A DNA stretch of 36,070 nucleotides from a virus (lineage: Duplodnaviria; Caudoviricetes). The notes beneath the pieces were generated by a model, which was not told the DNA's origin, did no database searches, and worked only from the letters and a program-made list of their open reading frames with translations. This document shows positions 8,714-21,078 of the stretch, one piece after another; within the stretch, counting starts at the first letter, position 1, and each line of letters begins with the position of its first letter. Both the position numbers and the translations under genes were made by a program. The stretch spans positions 1 through 36,070 of the IMG/VR virus record IMGVR_UViG_3300039180_001471; one strand, 5' to 3'.

Positions 8714-8717
<4 letters not shown>
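8400..8717 (+). CDS. Hypothetical phage protein (possibly DUF5405-like)
   Basis: 105-aa ORF with YYVSKDQYCF...HYSTFADAL; ATGA overlap with groES. Confidence 0.6.
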
Positions 8718-10681
<1,964 letters not shown>

Positions 10682-10682
<1 letters not shown>

Positions 10683-10936
10683 TGAAAGAAAAACAAGAAT
10701 TCCTAGAACTAATCGCTAATAGACAAGCCCCAGGAGATTCCTGGGTGCTTGTTGGCGATAAAGTGGTACATAAATCACTTACTGAAGCTCTAGAAGCTTG
10801 GTTTGCTAAAACGGGGCAAAAAGCAGAATTTAGACTTGCCCCATTAGATAGTAAATTATATGTTATTACTACCGAGGAAATAGAAATTAAACCAGAACCC
10901 CCAAAGAAATACAATCTTTACGGGGATTTTGAATAG
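10682..10936 (+). CDS. Hypothetical protein
   Basis: 84-aa ORF; TAATG overlap with groEL. Confidence 0.7.
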
Positions 10937-10940
10937 AAAA

Positions 10941-10952
10941 ATCGTATATTAC
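10941..10952 (+). promoter_or_regulatory. Class I promoter core only (tcgtatatta), just upstream of the clamp-loader start
   Basis: The core matches, but there is no TTGG at the 19-nt spacing. Confidence 0.4.
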
Positions 10953-10956
10953 AGTT

Positions 10957-11865
10957 ATGAAAGATCACGGATTATTAGTTGAACGTTATAGACCAGTTAC
11001 ACTGGAGAACTATGTTGGTAATGAACATATTAAGAAAACTATATCACAATATTTGGGGCAGAATGATATACAAAATCTTATATTTTATGGTCCCGCAGGC
11101 ACAGGTAAAACTACTTTAGCTAAAATTATTGTTAAAAATCTTGATTGTGAGTACCTTTACATTAATGCTTCAGATGAACGTGGTATTGAAACAATTAGAG
11201 ATAAAGTATCGGGATTTGCATCATCAGCAAGTTTTAAACCACTTAAAGTGGTTATTTTAGATGAAGCTGATTTTCTTACAATTCAAGCACAAGCTTCCCT
11301 TCGTAATGTTATTGAAACATTTTCCCGTAATACTAGATTTATTTTAACTTGTAATTATGTAGAACGTATTATTGATCCTTTACAATCTAGATGTCAGACA
11401 TTAAAAATCATCCCACCAACAAAAGCTGATGTTGCTAAACACATTGCTTGGATTTTAGGGGAAGAAAATACTAAATTTGAAATAGAAGATATTAAAATAA
11501 TTACAAATCAATTCTACCCAGACTTGCGTAAATGTCTTAATACTGTTCAACTATCAACCCAAGATAATAAATTAACAATAGATAAATCAGTACTTGTTTC
11601 TTCTAACTATATGGTTCAAGTACTTAAAGAATTAAGTAATGCTAAACCCTTATGGAGAGAAATTAGACAAACGATCTCTAACGCTAATGTTCAGGATTTT
11701 GAGGAGTTGTATCGTTATCTTTACGATAATGCTTCTACCTACGCAAATGGGAGAGAAGGAATGGTTGCTGTTTATATCAACGAGTATAGTTACCAGTCTA
11801 ATTTTCGTATCGATAAAGAGATCAACGCGATGGCGTTAATATCAAAATTAATTGAATTAAAATGA
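10957..11865 (+). CDS. Clamp loader AAA+ ATPase (RFC small subunit/T4 gp44-like)
   Basis: VERYRP, Walker A GPAGTGKT, INASDERG, Walker B LDEAD and the SRC arginine finger. Confidence 0.95.
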   Translation: MKDHGLLVERYRPVTLENYVGNEHIKKTISQYLGQNDIQNLIFYGPAGTGKTTLAKIIVKNLDCEYLYINASDERGIETIRDKVSGFASSASFKPLKVVILDEADFLTIQAQASLRNVIETFSRNTRFILTCNYVERIIDPLQSRCQTLKIIPPTKADVAKHIAWILGEENTKFEIEDIKIITNQFYPDLRKCLNTVQLSTQDNKLTIDKSVLVSSNYMVQVLKELSNAKPLWREIRQTISNANVQDFEELYRYLYDNASTYANGREGMVAVYINEYSYQSNFRIDKEINAMALISKLIELK

Positions 11866-12050
11866 AACAATTCCTAAAATTTACAATAATTTGGATTAGC
11901 CAAAATTTGGCGATACCGTTTTGGATGGTGGGACACGTTCATTTAATGACAACCGTATATGAAGACATACAAGAGTTTATAGCCAGCTTTGGTATGAATA
12001 TTATAGTATTAATTGGCTTTTATTTAGATTATAAACAACAAAAACAATAG
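11862..12050 (+). CDS. Small membrane protein
   Basis: 62 aa with two hydrophobic segments; ATGA overlap. Confidence 0.65.
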   Translation: MKQFLKFTIIWISQNLAIPFWMVGHVHLMTTVYEDIQEFIASFGMNIIVLIGFYLDYKQQKQ

Positions 12051-12055
12051 AAAAA

Positions 12056-12307
12056 ATGGCACAACAACCCGAAATGAAAGGTCCAAACATCGATCTTACA
12101 AACACAACAGCAATTACATCTTCAACAGGTGGTAAAGTATTCTCAGAAGGTGTAATCCTTCGTAAAATCTCTAAATTTGTAGCAGGCACCGCAGAAGATG
12201 CAATTATGCCTATTCCAGTATTTTATGACGTAATTACTGGTGAAGTAATGGTTGATATGATACCTAAAGAATTAAGAGATGAGTTTACAGAAGAATCAGC
12301 CCAATAA
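12056..12307 (+). CDS. Hypothetical phage protein
   Basis: 83-aa ORF in the operon (LRKISKF...PIPVFY). Confidence 0.7.
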   Translation: MAQQPEMKGPNIDLTNTTAITSSTGGKVFSEGVILRKISKFVAGTAEDAIMPIPVFYDVITGEVMVDMIPKELRDEFTEESAQ

Positions 12308-12312
12308 AATAG

Positions 12313-12759
12313 GTGAAAACAGGTAAGAAAGATATAAAAACGTTGTTTGAGTGGCTTGATGAAATCATGCTACATAAATCATCTCCCGAAGAAATTTCAA
12401 AAGAATCATGGGAACGGTGGAACTCTTACATGATACATAGATATGTATCGATGAATATACATTACATTGATATTGTAAATTATGTTCAAAAGATAAACCC
12501 ACAAAACAAACAACAAATTTATTCAATCTACCGAGAAATGATCCCAAAAAAGAAACTCTGGCTTAAGTACATAAAAAATCAAAATAAAAATAAAAACTAT
12601 AAAGAAATAGCAGAATACGTTGCTGAATATTATGAATGCTCTTTAGGAGAAGCAGATCATTATATTGATATTCTTGGTGGGAGTGTAAGAGATATTTTAT
12701 GGAGTATGGGTTTAGATGAAAAAGAAACTGAAAAATTAATTAAAAAAACAAAGTTATGA
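12313..12759 (+). CDS. Clamp loader small subunit (T4 gp62-like)
   Basis: WNSYMIHRYVSM, IPKKKLWLKYIK and VAEYYECS..EA..YIDIL pattern, near the gp44-like gene; GTG start. Confidence 0.7.
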   Translation: MKTGKKDIKTLFEWLDEIMLHKSSPEEISKESWERWNSYMIHRYVSMNIHYIDIVNYVQKINPQNKQQIYSIYREMIPKKKLWLKYIKNQNKNKNYKEIAEYVAEYYECSLGEADHYIDILGGSVRDILWSMGLDEKETEKLIKKTKL

Positions 12760-12977
12760 GTAAATTGAGAGACATGCTTTTCACCTCAGCACACGCCGAT
12801 AGAGCAAAAGCACTATTAACCTTAGAGTTACTAGAAAAAAATCCTGCAGGTATTGGTGATCATTCAACAGATGATTTTTATAAAAATGCTGAAGAAGCCC
12901 TGACTATGTTAGTAGAAGCAGATGATAGATTAGAAGCTATTGAGAAATATTTAGAAATTAAAAAACAAGTTATATAA
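12756..12977 (+). CDS. Conserved T4-like phage hypothetical protein
   Basis: NPAGIGDHS motif between two helices. Confidence 0.7.
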   Translation: MSKLRDMLFTSAHADRAKALLTLELLEKNPAGIGDHSTDDFYKNAEEALTMLVEADDRLEAIEKYLEIKKQVI

Positions 12978-12978
12978 T

Positions 12979-13449
12979 ATGTGGAATAAAACATCAACCC
13001 ATCCTGAATTAACAGGAGAAAATCAAAAAGTAGTTAAAGATTCAACTACCCCCCAAGAATATAAAAAAGGTGAGTATGCTGAAAGTAAAGCAACTTATGA
13101 TAAAATCATAGGTTCTACAATTAATGATTTTGAAAATACATACCCTGAACTAGCAAAAGAATTTAGACAGATTCAAAAGGAACAGTATAATTTATTTGCT
13201 GGGAAAATGTTAGATTATGGGTTAGGTAATATTGCTTTAGGGTCTAATCTGGCAGAAGATGAAGATATACAACTCTCGTTGACTGGTATTTGGTTGCGCT
13301 GTAATGACAAGATAAACCGCCTAAAAAACATGCTTAAACGCAAGGGTAAGAGTTATGTTAATGATGAACCTATGGTTGATAGTTTTATTGATATATCTAA
13401 TTATGGTATTATAGCTCAGTTAGTAATGAGAGATAAATGGAAAAAGTAA
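12979..13449 (+). CDS. DUF1599/nucleotide modification associated domain 1 protein (all-alpha NTP-PPase-like)
   Basis: KMLDYG...LRCNDKINRL...EPMVDSFIDISNYGII. Confidence 0.8.
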   Translation: MWNKTSTHPELTGENQKVVKDSTTPQEYKKGEYAESKATYDKIIGSTINDFENTYPELAKEFRQIQKEQYNLFAGKMLDYGLGNIALGSNLAEDEDIQLSLTGIWLRCNDKINRLKNMLKRKGKSYVNDEPMVDSFIDISNYGIIAQLVMRDKWKK

Positions 13450-13454
13450 CCTGA

Positions 13455-13486
13455 TTTGGTTCCCCCAAATATTGTTCGTATATTCA
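13455..13486 (+). promoter_or_regulatory. Class I promoter upstream of the nuclease
   Basis: tttgg 13455-13459, tatattca from 13479; internal atttgg/ccaaat inverted repeat. Confidence 0.75.
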
Positions 13487-13510
13487 CGGGGTAAATAAAA
13501 CAAAAAAGTT

Positions 13511-14455
13511 GTGGGAAATAAAAAAAAGTTACCTCAAATTGTAAAAGAAATACAAAACAACCCTCCCGAACCCGTTAATTTCGCTTTCGAGAAAAATGTT
13601 TCATATTCTCAACTATCAATGTACACTCAATGTCCTAAAAAGTGGGCATTAAATTATAGAGATGGACATAAAGTTCAAGAGCAAAGTATTCACATGACAT
13701 TTGGATCAGCATTACATGAAACATTACAAATGTATTTAGATGTAATGTATAATAAAAGTGGTGCTGAAGCTGATCGTATTGATTTAGAGGAGGATTTTGA
13801 AGAACGTTTGAGAAATTGTTATGCGGATGCTTATAAAAAAAATAATAAAGAACACTTCAGCACCCCTAAACAAATACGAGAATTTTATAATGATGGGGTT
13901 GAAATAATTTCATATCTTAAAAAGAATAGAAGTAAGTATTTTTCTAAAAGAGGATGGTCACTTGTAGGTTGTGAAATACCTATTGTTTTAGCCCCTAGTA
14001 TACGTTTACCTCGCGTAAAGTATATGGGGTTTCTCGATGTTGTACTATATCATGAGGATACCGATAAATTTGTTATCATAGATATTAAAACTTCTACTAG
14101 AGGTTGGAATGATAAAGCAAAAAAGGATAAATCAAAACAACACCAATTAGTTTTATACAAGAAATTTTTTGCAGAACAGTACAATGTTCCTATAGATAAT
14201 ATTGAAATTGAATTTTTTATTGTTAAACGTAAAATATGGGAATCAGATGATTTTGTGATTAAACGCGTTCAACAATTCAGACCACCTTCAGGTAAAACCT
14301 CAGTTAATAGAGCAACTAAATCACTACAAGATTTTCTAGAAAACTGTTTTACTAGGGATGGGTTTAATTCTAAAAATATGCCTGAAATTATTAATGATAA
14401 TTGTAAGTGGTGTTCTTTTTATAAAACTCATTTATGTTCCGCGACTGTTGAATAA
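13511..14455 (+). CDS. PD-(D/E)XK exonuclease, Cas4/AddB-like with probable Fe-S cysteines
   Basis: SYSQL..YTQCP, FGSALHE, GFLD, IIDIKT, QLVLY and CKWC...C. Confidence 0.85.
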   Translation: MGNKKKLPQIVKEIQNNPPEPVNFAFEKNVSYSQLSMYTQCPKKWALNYRDGHKVQEQSIHMTFGSALHETLQMYLDVMYNKSGAEADRIDLEEDFEERLRNCYADAYKKNNKEHFSTPKQIREFYNDGVEIISYLKKNRSKYFSKRGWSLVGCEIPIVLAPSIRLPRVKYMGFLDVVLYHEDTDKFVIIDIKTSTRGWNDKAKKDKSKQHQLVLYKKFFAEQYNVPIDNIEIEFFIVKRKIWESDDFVIKRVQQFRPPSGKTSVNRATKSLQDFLENCFTRDGFNSKNMPEIINDNCKWCSFYKTHLCSATVE

Positions 14456-14495
14456 TACTAATATATGTATATAAAATAAATTAATAATAAAAATT

Positions 14496-14684
14496 ATGGA
14501 TAAGAATAAACAAACACTAACCAGTGTAAAAGTAAAAGCAGAGTTATTTGATGAATTTAAAGTTTCGTGTGTGCGACATAAATTTTCATTTCAAAAACTT
14601 GCAGACAGAGCAATTCATATGTACCTCACAGATGATGATTTTAGAAAAGCAGTACATTCACACAACAATTTAGATTTAAAATAA
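14496..14684 (+). CDS. Small ribbon-helix-helix-like DNA-binding protein
   Basis: LTSVKV beta strand followed by two helices (LFDEFK, FQKLADRAIHMYL). Confidence 0.55.
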   Translation: MDKNKQTLTSVKVKAELFDEFKVSCVRHKFSFQKLADRAIHMYLTDDDFRKAVHSHNNLDLK

Positions 14685-14691
14685 GTTTTTT

Positions 14692-16122
14692 ATGAAAGAA
14701 GGTTATATCCCACAAAATCAAAGGAAAAAAATACTTTTGATAACAGATGACATCCGTTTACCCTCTGGAGTTGGTGGTGTTGGTAAAGATATTATAATTA
14801 ATACTTGCCACCATTACAATTGGGTAAACATAGGGGGAGCAATGAAACACCCAGATGCTGGTAAACGTTTTGATTTAAGTCAAGATACTAACAAAGAAAC
14901 TGGAATTAAAGATTCTTCTGTTTTAATATACCCCACTAGTGGTTATGGTGACCCAGCTTTACTTAGAAACATACTAAGCATTGAAAAACCAGATGCTATA
15001 ATGTTAATTACGGATCCTAGATACTTTGAATGGTTATTTCAAATTGAAAATGAAATTCGTAAAACAACTCCTATTATTTATCTTAATATTTGGGATAATT
15101 ACCCTGCACCTTCATATAACAAAGAATTTTATGAATCCTGTGATGCATTGTTAGGTATTTCTAAACAAACAACTAATATTAACAAGTTAGTTTTAAGAGA
15201 AAAAGCAGATGGTAAAGTAATTGATTATATACCTCATGGAGTTAGTTCTAAATATTATTTCCCAATTAAAAAGGATAATAGTGAATTAGTTGAATTTAGA
15301 AATCAATTATTAGGTGGGAAAGAAAAAGAATTTGTTTTATTATTTAATTCTAGAAATATTAGACGTAAGTCTATTCCGGATACAATGTTTGCTTGGAAAT
15401 GTTTTATTGATAAACTATCAAAAGAAGAAGCAGATAAATGTGCCTTAGTTTTACACACTCAACCTATAGATGATAATGGTACAGATCTATTAGCAGTTAA
15501 AGACTATTTATTTGGTAGTGATTATGAAGATATAATTTTTTCAACAAGTCGATTACCAATTAACCATATGAATTTACTATATAATAGTAGTGATGCTCAG
15601 ATTTTATTATCTTCTAATGAAGGGTGGGGATTATCATTAACTGAAGCTTTATTAGTAGGTAATCCTATTATAGCTAATGTAACGGGTGGTATGCAAGACC
15701 AATTACGATTTGAGGATGAGAATGGAAAGTGGTTCACCCCAGATGAAAATATACCTTCTAACCATACAGGTAAGTATAAAAAATGTGGTAAGTGGGCATT
15801 CCCAGTTTTCCCTACTAACAGATCTATACAAGGATCTCCTAGAACCCCATATATTTGGGATGATAGATGTAGTGCTGAAGATGCAGCTGAACAGATTATG
15901 AAGCTATACCTTATGCCTAAAGATAAACGACAAGCATGTGGTAAAGAAGGATTTGAATGGGCAACTGGAAACGAAGCTGGATTTACAGCTAATATTATGG
16001 GAGATAGAGTTATTAATAGTGTAGATACTTTATTCTCAACCTGGAAACCTCGTAATAGATATGAGATATTCAACCCAGAAGAATTTACACCAGACGTTTT
16101 AAATCATAAATTAGTATACTAA
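14692..16122 (+). CDS. Glycosyltransferase, GT-B/GT4 family
   Basis: KILLITD...SGVG, YIPHGV, NSRNIRRK and EGWGLSLTEA (EX7E). Confidence 0.9.
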   Translation: MKEGYIPQNQRKKILLITDDIRLPSGVGGVGKDIIINTCHHYNWVNIGGAMKHPDAGKRFDLSQDTNKETGIKDSSVLIYPTSGYGDPALLRNILSIEKPDAIMLITDPRYFEWLFQIENEIRKTTPIIYLNIWDNYPAPSYNKEFYESCDALLGISKQTTNINKLVLREKADGKVIDYIPHGVSSKYYFPIKKDNSELVEFRNQLLGGKEKEFVLLFNSRNIRRKSIPDTMFAWKCFIDKLSKEEADKCALVLHTQPIDDNGTDLLAVKDYLFGSDYEDIIFSTSRLPINHMNLLYNSSDAQILLSSNEGWGLSLTEALLVGNPIIANVTGGMQDQLRFEDENGKWFTPDENIPSNHTGKYKKCGKWAFPVFPTNRSIQGSPRTPYIWDDRCSAEDAAEQIMKLYLMPKDKRQACGKEGFEWATGNEAGFTANIMGDRVINSVDTLFSTWKPRNRYEIFNPEEFTPDVLNHKLVY

Positions 16123-17411
16123 TGAATAAATCAACATTTTATATATCAGCTCCTTTTGACACATATTCAGGATATGGAGCACGTAGTCGTGATGTTATTA
16201 AATCTATCATTAAAAGTGATAAATATAATGTAAAATTACTCTCACAAAGATGGGGAAACACCCCTTGGGAATTTATTAAAGATCATAAAGAAGAATGGGG
16301 GTTCTTGCTAGACTACCTCCACCACCCAAATGATGATAAAGTTCAACCTGATATTTGGATGCAGATAACAGTACCTAATGAATTCAACCCTGTTGGGAAG
16401 TATAATATTGGTATGACTGCTGGAATGGAAACTACAATAGTAGATGCTACTTGGGTAGAAGGAATTAACAGAATGGATATTAATTTTGTTTCTTCAAACC
16501 ACTCAAAACAATCATTTTTAAATTCTAGATTTCAAAAACAAGAACATGGAAAAGTAGTAGGTACTGTTGAAGTACAAAAACCTATTGAAGTATTATTTGA
16601 AGGAGCTAATTTAAATATCTATAAACCTATTAAATCAACATTTGATTTAAGTTCAATACCCGAGTCTTTTTGTTATTTATTTGTAGGACATTGGATGCAA
16701 GGAGGATTAGGTGAAGATAGAAAAAATGTAGGTTATACTATTAAATCTTTTTTAGAAACATTTAAGAATACTCCAAACCCACCAGCACTTGTTATGAAAG
16801 TGTCAGGATCAGGAGCATCATATATAGATAAAAAACAACTCTTAAAACGTTACTACCAGATTAGAAAAACTGTAAAAGGTAAAAATTTACCTAATGTTTA
16901 TATGATTCATGGTGAACTTTCAAATACTGAAATGAATGAATTGTATAATCATTCTAAGGTAAAAGCTATGGTTAGTTTGACTAAAGGAGAAGGTTTTGGT
17001 CGTCCACTACTTGAATTTAGTCTATCTCAAAAACCAATTATGGTTAGTGGGTGGAGTGGTCATATGGATTTTATTAATCCTGAATTTAGTCTAGTACTTA
17101 ATGGAAATTTAAAAAATGTAGATAGAAGTGCTGTTGTTCCTAATATGATACTCCCAGAAAGTCAGTGGTTTTCACCCAACCCATCAGATGTAGGTAATGG
17201 TTTTAAAAGCATATTTAAAAATTACAAAAAACATTTAGTAACTGCCAAACGCCAAGCTCATTACTCTAAAACTAATTTTAGTTGGAGTGCAATGGATGAA
17301 TTATTATCTTCACATTTAGATAAAAATATTCCCAAATTTGCAAAGCAAGTAACTTTAAACCTGCCAAATTTAAATACTAATAAGTTAGAATTACCAAAAC
17401 TAAAAAAATAA
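16122..17411 (+). CDS. Glycosyltransferase, GT-B/GT4 family
   Basis: SGYG, FVGHW...RKN, GEGFGRPLLE (EX7E) and SGWSGHMDF. Confidence 0.88.
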   Translation: MNKSTFYISAPFDTYSGYGARSRDVIKSIIKSDKYNVKLLSQRWGNTPWEFIKDHKEEWGFLLDYLHHPNDDKVQPDIWMQITVPNEFNPVGKYNIGMTAGMETTIVDATWVEGINRMDINFVSSNHSKQSFLNSRFQKQEHGKVVGTVEVQKPIEVLFEGANLNIYKPIKSTFDLSSIPESFCYLFVGHWMQGGLGEDRKNVGYTIKSFLETFKNTPNPPALVMKVSGSGASYIDKKQLLKRYYQIRKTVKGKNLPNVYMIHGELSNTEMNELYNHSKVKAMVSLTKGEGFGRPLLEFSLSQKPIMVSGWSGHMDFINPEFSLVLNGNLKNVDRSAVVPNMILPESQWFSPNPSDVGNGFKSIFKNYKKHLVTAKRQAHYSKTNFSWSAMDELLSSHLDKNIPKFAKQVTLNLPNLNTNKLELPKLKK

Positions 17412-17866
17412 TGGATAAATTAATAATATGTAAAAAATGTGGGAGTGATGCTTGTTACTCCCAGGAAGTAAATGAATCAATTACTAATTACCAATGTATG
17501 GGATGTGGATTTATTTCAAATTCACTAATGATAAAAGATTCTGATTTTTTGAAAGAACAATCAGAGAGACTTCCAGAACTTTATAAAGATTTATTTTATG
17601 AAGATAAAGAAGGGGGAATTTGGATGCCCTCAACAGTAAATCTTCCTAATTTAGGAATGGTATTTGCTAACGGCCCAAGTAAAGATGACTGGTATTGGTC
17701 AGCTGTAAAATCAGTCCCGGTTATTAGTGATGAGGATAAAGAAAAGTATAAGAAAAAAGATGGTACACCTTATGAACATAGAATGGATATGGAAAATCTA
17801 AAAAATTACCCTGAACGTGATTATATGGGGGCTCTTGAGTATATTGGTGTACTAGAAAGAGATTAA
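17411..17866 (+). CDS. Zinc-ribbon-containing hypothetical protein
   Basis: CKKC..DAC and CMGCG pairs. Confidence 0.7.
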   Translation: MDKLIICKKCGSDACYSQEVNESITNYQCMGCGFISNSLMIKDSDFLKEQSERLPELYKDLFYEDKEGGIWMPSTVNLPNLGMVFANGPSKDDWYWSAVKSVPVISDEDKEKYKKKDGTPYEHRMDMENLKNYPERDYMGALEYIGVLERD

Positions 17867-18009
17867 TGGAATTAGATAAATTAATTGCTAATTTAGAGTA
17901 CCTCCATAGTAGGGGTGCTTTAACTATAAAGTTAGTTTTTTGTGAAGATAATATTGAAGTAAAAAAGTTATTAGATGAAATTAAGTTACGCTATCCCCGT
18001 AAAGGATGA
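17866..18009 (+). CDS. Small hypothetical protein, 47 aa (MELDKLIANLEYLHSRG...)
   Basis: Read by hand. TAATG coupling; fills the gap before the GT2 gene and overlaps it by 35 nt. Confidence 0.5.
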   Translation: MELDKLIANLEYLHSRGALTIKLVFCEDNIEVKKLLDEIKLRYPRKG

Positions 18010-18601
18010 ATTATTAGAAATTACTAAATTATTAAATTTTCTTATTAAAAATAAAGATGATGAAGATGAAATAGTTATTCTATTTGACTCTGAAAATGGG
18101 TCAAAAGGTGTTGAAGATTATTTAAGAGCTAAATCTGTAAATGCTCCTAAATTTGCATGGCACTCTTACAAATTTGATGGTCATTTTGCTAATATGAAGA
18201 ATCATTTAACTTCTTTATGTAGTGGGGATTGGATTGTTCAACTAGATGCGGATGAAATGATAGGTGATCAATTTATCCCTTGGGTTAAAGGTTCAATTGA
18301 AGCTAACCCTGAAGTTCATGCTTTTTATGTTCCACGAATTAATACTGTAGAAGGATTAACTAATGAACACATCCAAAAATGGAAGTGGAATGTAAATGAA
18401 AAGGGGTGGGTTAACTTCCCGGATTTACAACAAAGAATATATGTTAATAGTGGTGTTGTAAAATGGAAGAATAAAGTTCATGAAGTGTTGGAGGGTAATG
18501 ATTTTTTTGGTATATTTCCAAATCATGAAGAAATTTGTATCCTTCATCATAAAGATGTAAAACGTCAAGAAAAACAAAACAATTATTACGATACACTTTG
18601 A
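17975..18601 (+). CDS. Glycosyltransferase, GT-A/GT2 family
   Basis: LSYAIPVKDE, DWIVQLDADE (DxD), FPDLQQR and VHE. Confidence 0.88.
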   Translation: MKLSYAIPVKDELLEITKLLNFLIKNKDDEDEIVILFDSENGSKGVEDYLRAKSVNAPKFAWHSYKFDGHFANMKNHLTSLCSGDWIVQLDADEMIGDQFIPWVKGSIEANPEVHAFYVPRINTVEGLTNEHIQKWKWNVNEKGWVNFPDLQQRIYVNSGVVKWKNKVHEVLEGNDFFGIFPNHEEICILHHKDVKRQEKQNNYYDTL

Positions 18602-19524
18602 AAATAGCATTCCATAGTAATCAATTAGGTATTAGGGGTACTGAAGTAGCTTTATATGACTATGCCTTAGGTAATAGAGATATTTTAGGCAATGAGTCTA
18701 TTATTATTTCAGATGCTAATGCAGATTTAACGTCATTAGACAAATTCAAAACACAGTTTCCTGTATATCTTTATAATGACTTTAGTGAAGTAGAACCAAT
18801 TATCCATAATGAAGATATTGATGCTGTTTATTGGATTAAGGCAGGATTTCAAGATGGTAAATTAGTTAGTAATGCTAAAAACCTAGTTCATTCAGTATTC
18901 AAACATAATGAACCTCATGGTGATAGTTATGCTTATGTTTCAGAATGGCTATCAGGTGAAATGTCAAATGGTGAATTACCATTTGTACCCCATATGGTAA
19001 ATTTACCCAAACATGATTTAAATTATATAGATGCTTTTGGGTTAAAAGGTAAAACTATTATAGGTTGGTATGGGGGTGATAATTTTGAATTATCATTTGC
19101 TAAACAAGCAGTAATTGATGTGGCTAAAAAACGAGATGATATTATATTTTTATTTATGAATTGTACTCCATTTTCTAATGAATCCAATATTCATTTTATA
19201 AATGGTACACATGATTTAAATGAAAAAGTAGCATTTATTAATACGTGTAACGCTATGATCCATTCACGTGAACGAGGCGAAACATTTGGTTTAACAGTTG
19301 CTGAATTTTCAACTTTTGAAAAACCTATTATAACATACTTTAAATCACCTGAAAGAAACCATATTAACATTTTAGGAGATGATGGGATTTATTACTCTAA
19401 TTATGATGAACTATATGAAATTCTAATAGATATAGATTCAACAATTAAAGGACGCAATTGTTACACGGATTTCACACCAGAAAAAGTTATGAATAAATTT
19501 AAAGAAGTATTTTTAGATGCCTAG
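18598..19524 (+). CDS. Glycosyltransferase, GT-B/GT4-like
   Basis: RGTEVALYDYA and GETFGLTVAE (EX7E); TTG start overlapping the upstream stop. Confidence 0.8.
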   Translation: MKIAFHSNQLGIRGTEVALYDYALGNRDILGNESIIISDANADLTSLDKFKTQFPVYLYNDFSEVEPIIHNEDIDAVYWIKAGFQDGKLVSNAKNLVHSVFKHNEPHGDSYAYVSEWLSGEMSNGELPFVPHMVNLPKHDLNYIDAFGLKGKTIIGWYGGDNFELSFAKQAVIDVAKKRDDIIFLFMNCTPFSNESNIHFINGTHDLNEKVAFINTCNAMIHSRERGETFGLTVAEFSTFEKPIITYFKSPERNHINILGDDGIYYSNYDELYEILIDIDSTIKGRNCYTDFTPEKVMNKFKEVFLDA

Positions 19525-20401
19525 TATTGCTTTTATTTTTGCCCATAGAGAAACAGATAAGTGGAATACCCCATTAGCTGTAGTTGAAGAGTTCAAATCA
19601 CGAGGTTGGGATACTTCCATTTATAGCCTGTTTGATTCTAACGATAATTACGTGGATGATAACGTATATGAATTACTTAAAACCACTCCTGATGTGGTTA
19701 TGCATATGGATTGGGGCCGTCATTTATCTCCAGTATTATCTAAATTAAGAAGTACTGGTGCTTATTGTATAATGGAAGCTGGGGATGATCCTCAAAATTT
19801 TGAACGTAATTCTATTAAAGGGCCTTGGTTTGATTTAATTTTATCACCGGACATTAGAGCAGTTAAAAAATATAAAGAATTAGGCTATAACGCTGAATGG
19901 TGGACTCATTTTGCTGATACAAGAATATATCAGGAAATGGATGTTGAAGAAAAATATATTGCTGTATCCTCTCGTGGTATGGGTAGTAGCCAAATATTAG
20001 ATACCTTAGCAGACCACTATGAGGGAGATATTATTAATCAAAGTGGGTGGGAAGGTAAAGAACATACAGAATTCCTTAATTCAGGAAAAATAGTAATACA
20101 ACATTCTAGATGGGGGGAAATTACTCGTAGAATATTTGAAGGAATGGCTTGTGGTAAGTTAGTAATTACAGATAGATTAGCTGAAGATGTTGAATTGGAA
20201 AGCTTGTTTATTGATGGAGAAAATATTATATTATATGATGATATTCAAGATTGTGCCGAAAAAATAGCTTACTATAATAACAACCCTACAGAACGAAAGG
20301 AGATTGCTTGGAATGGATATCAAAAAGTTTTAAATAACCATACACAAAAACAACGAGTAGATTTAATTATACAACAATATAAAAATTTTAAAAACAATTA
20401 A
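19517..20401 (+). CDS. Glycosyltransferase, CgeB/GT1_2-like
   Basis: RRIFEGMACG, F.DGENIILYD, IA.NGYQKVL.NHT...RV. Confidence 0.8.
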   Translation: MPSIAFIFAHRETDKWNTPLAVVEEFKSRGWDTSIYSLFDSNDNYVDDNVYELLKTTPDVVMHMDWGRHLSPVLSKLRSTGAYCIMEAGDDPQNFERNSIKGPWFDLILSPDIRAVKKYKELGYNAEWWTHFADTRIYQEMDVEEKYIAVSSRGMGSSQILDTLADHYEGDIINQSGWEGKEHTEFLNSGKIVIQHSRWGEITRRIFEGMACGKLVITDRLAEDVELESLFIDGENIILYDDIQDCAEKIAYYNNNPTERKEIAWNGYQKVLNNHTQKQRVDLIIQQYKNFKNN

Positions 20402-20403
20402 TT

Positions 20404-21075
20404 ATGCAACAACAACACGATTTTTTTGCCCAAATGTTAAATCATTTAGTAGTTAAAACTTATGATGATAAAGTTAGATACTCTGGGGTTACAAACTGGC
20501 ATCAAAGCCACCCCCATTATAGGTTAAACTATTATAATGAAGTTCAAATCTCACAAGTATTAGGAATTTATCTTTTATTTAATAAAGATTTTTTATCCCA
20601 ATATGATACTGTAGTTGAAATTGGAAGCTATAATGGAGGTCTATCTAGTTATATATTTGATAACTTAAAAAAAGATGCTAGTTTTGCTTCATTTGATATT
20701 GATCCTTCTATTAATGAATCAAATAGAAAAGATATTGATTTTAGAATTAAAGATTGTTTTTCAAAAGAAGGGAAAAGAGAAATTATTGAGTTAATCCAAC
20801 AACCCGGAAAAACTTTATTAATTTGTGATGGGGGAGATAAAAATAAAGAATTTAATACTTTTAGTAAATATTTAAAAACTGACGATATTATTATTCTTCA
20901 TGATTATAAAAGCGATGAAACCCCTTTTGAAGAGGTAGCTGAATTTTGGCAATGGCCTTATGGTTATGAATCTGAGTGGGATGCTATCAAAAATAGTGTA
21001 ACAGAAAACAATCTTGAAAAATATGAATATCAACGTTTTAATTACTTCATGTGGGGGAGTTTTATTAAAAAGTAA
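20404..21075 (+). CDS. Class I SAM-dependent methyltransferase (CmcI/Methyltransf_24-like)
   Basis: VVEIGSYNGG, SFDI, ICDGG and IILHD. Confidence 0.75.
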   Translation: MQQQHDFFAQMLNHLVVKTYDDKVRYSGVTNWHQSHPHYRLNYYNEVQISQVLGIYLLFNKDFLSQYDTVVEIGSYNGGLSSYIFDNLKKDASFASFDIDPSINESNRKDIDFRIKDCFSKEGKREIIELIQQPGKTLLICDGGDKNKEFNTFSKYLKTDDIIILHDYKSDETPFEEVAEFWQWPYGYESEWDAIKNSVTENNLEKYEYQRFNYFMWGSFIKK

Positions 21076-21078
21076 AAT

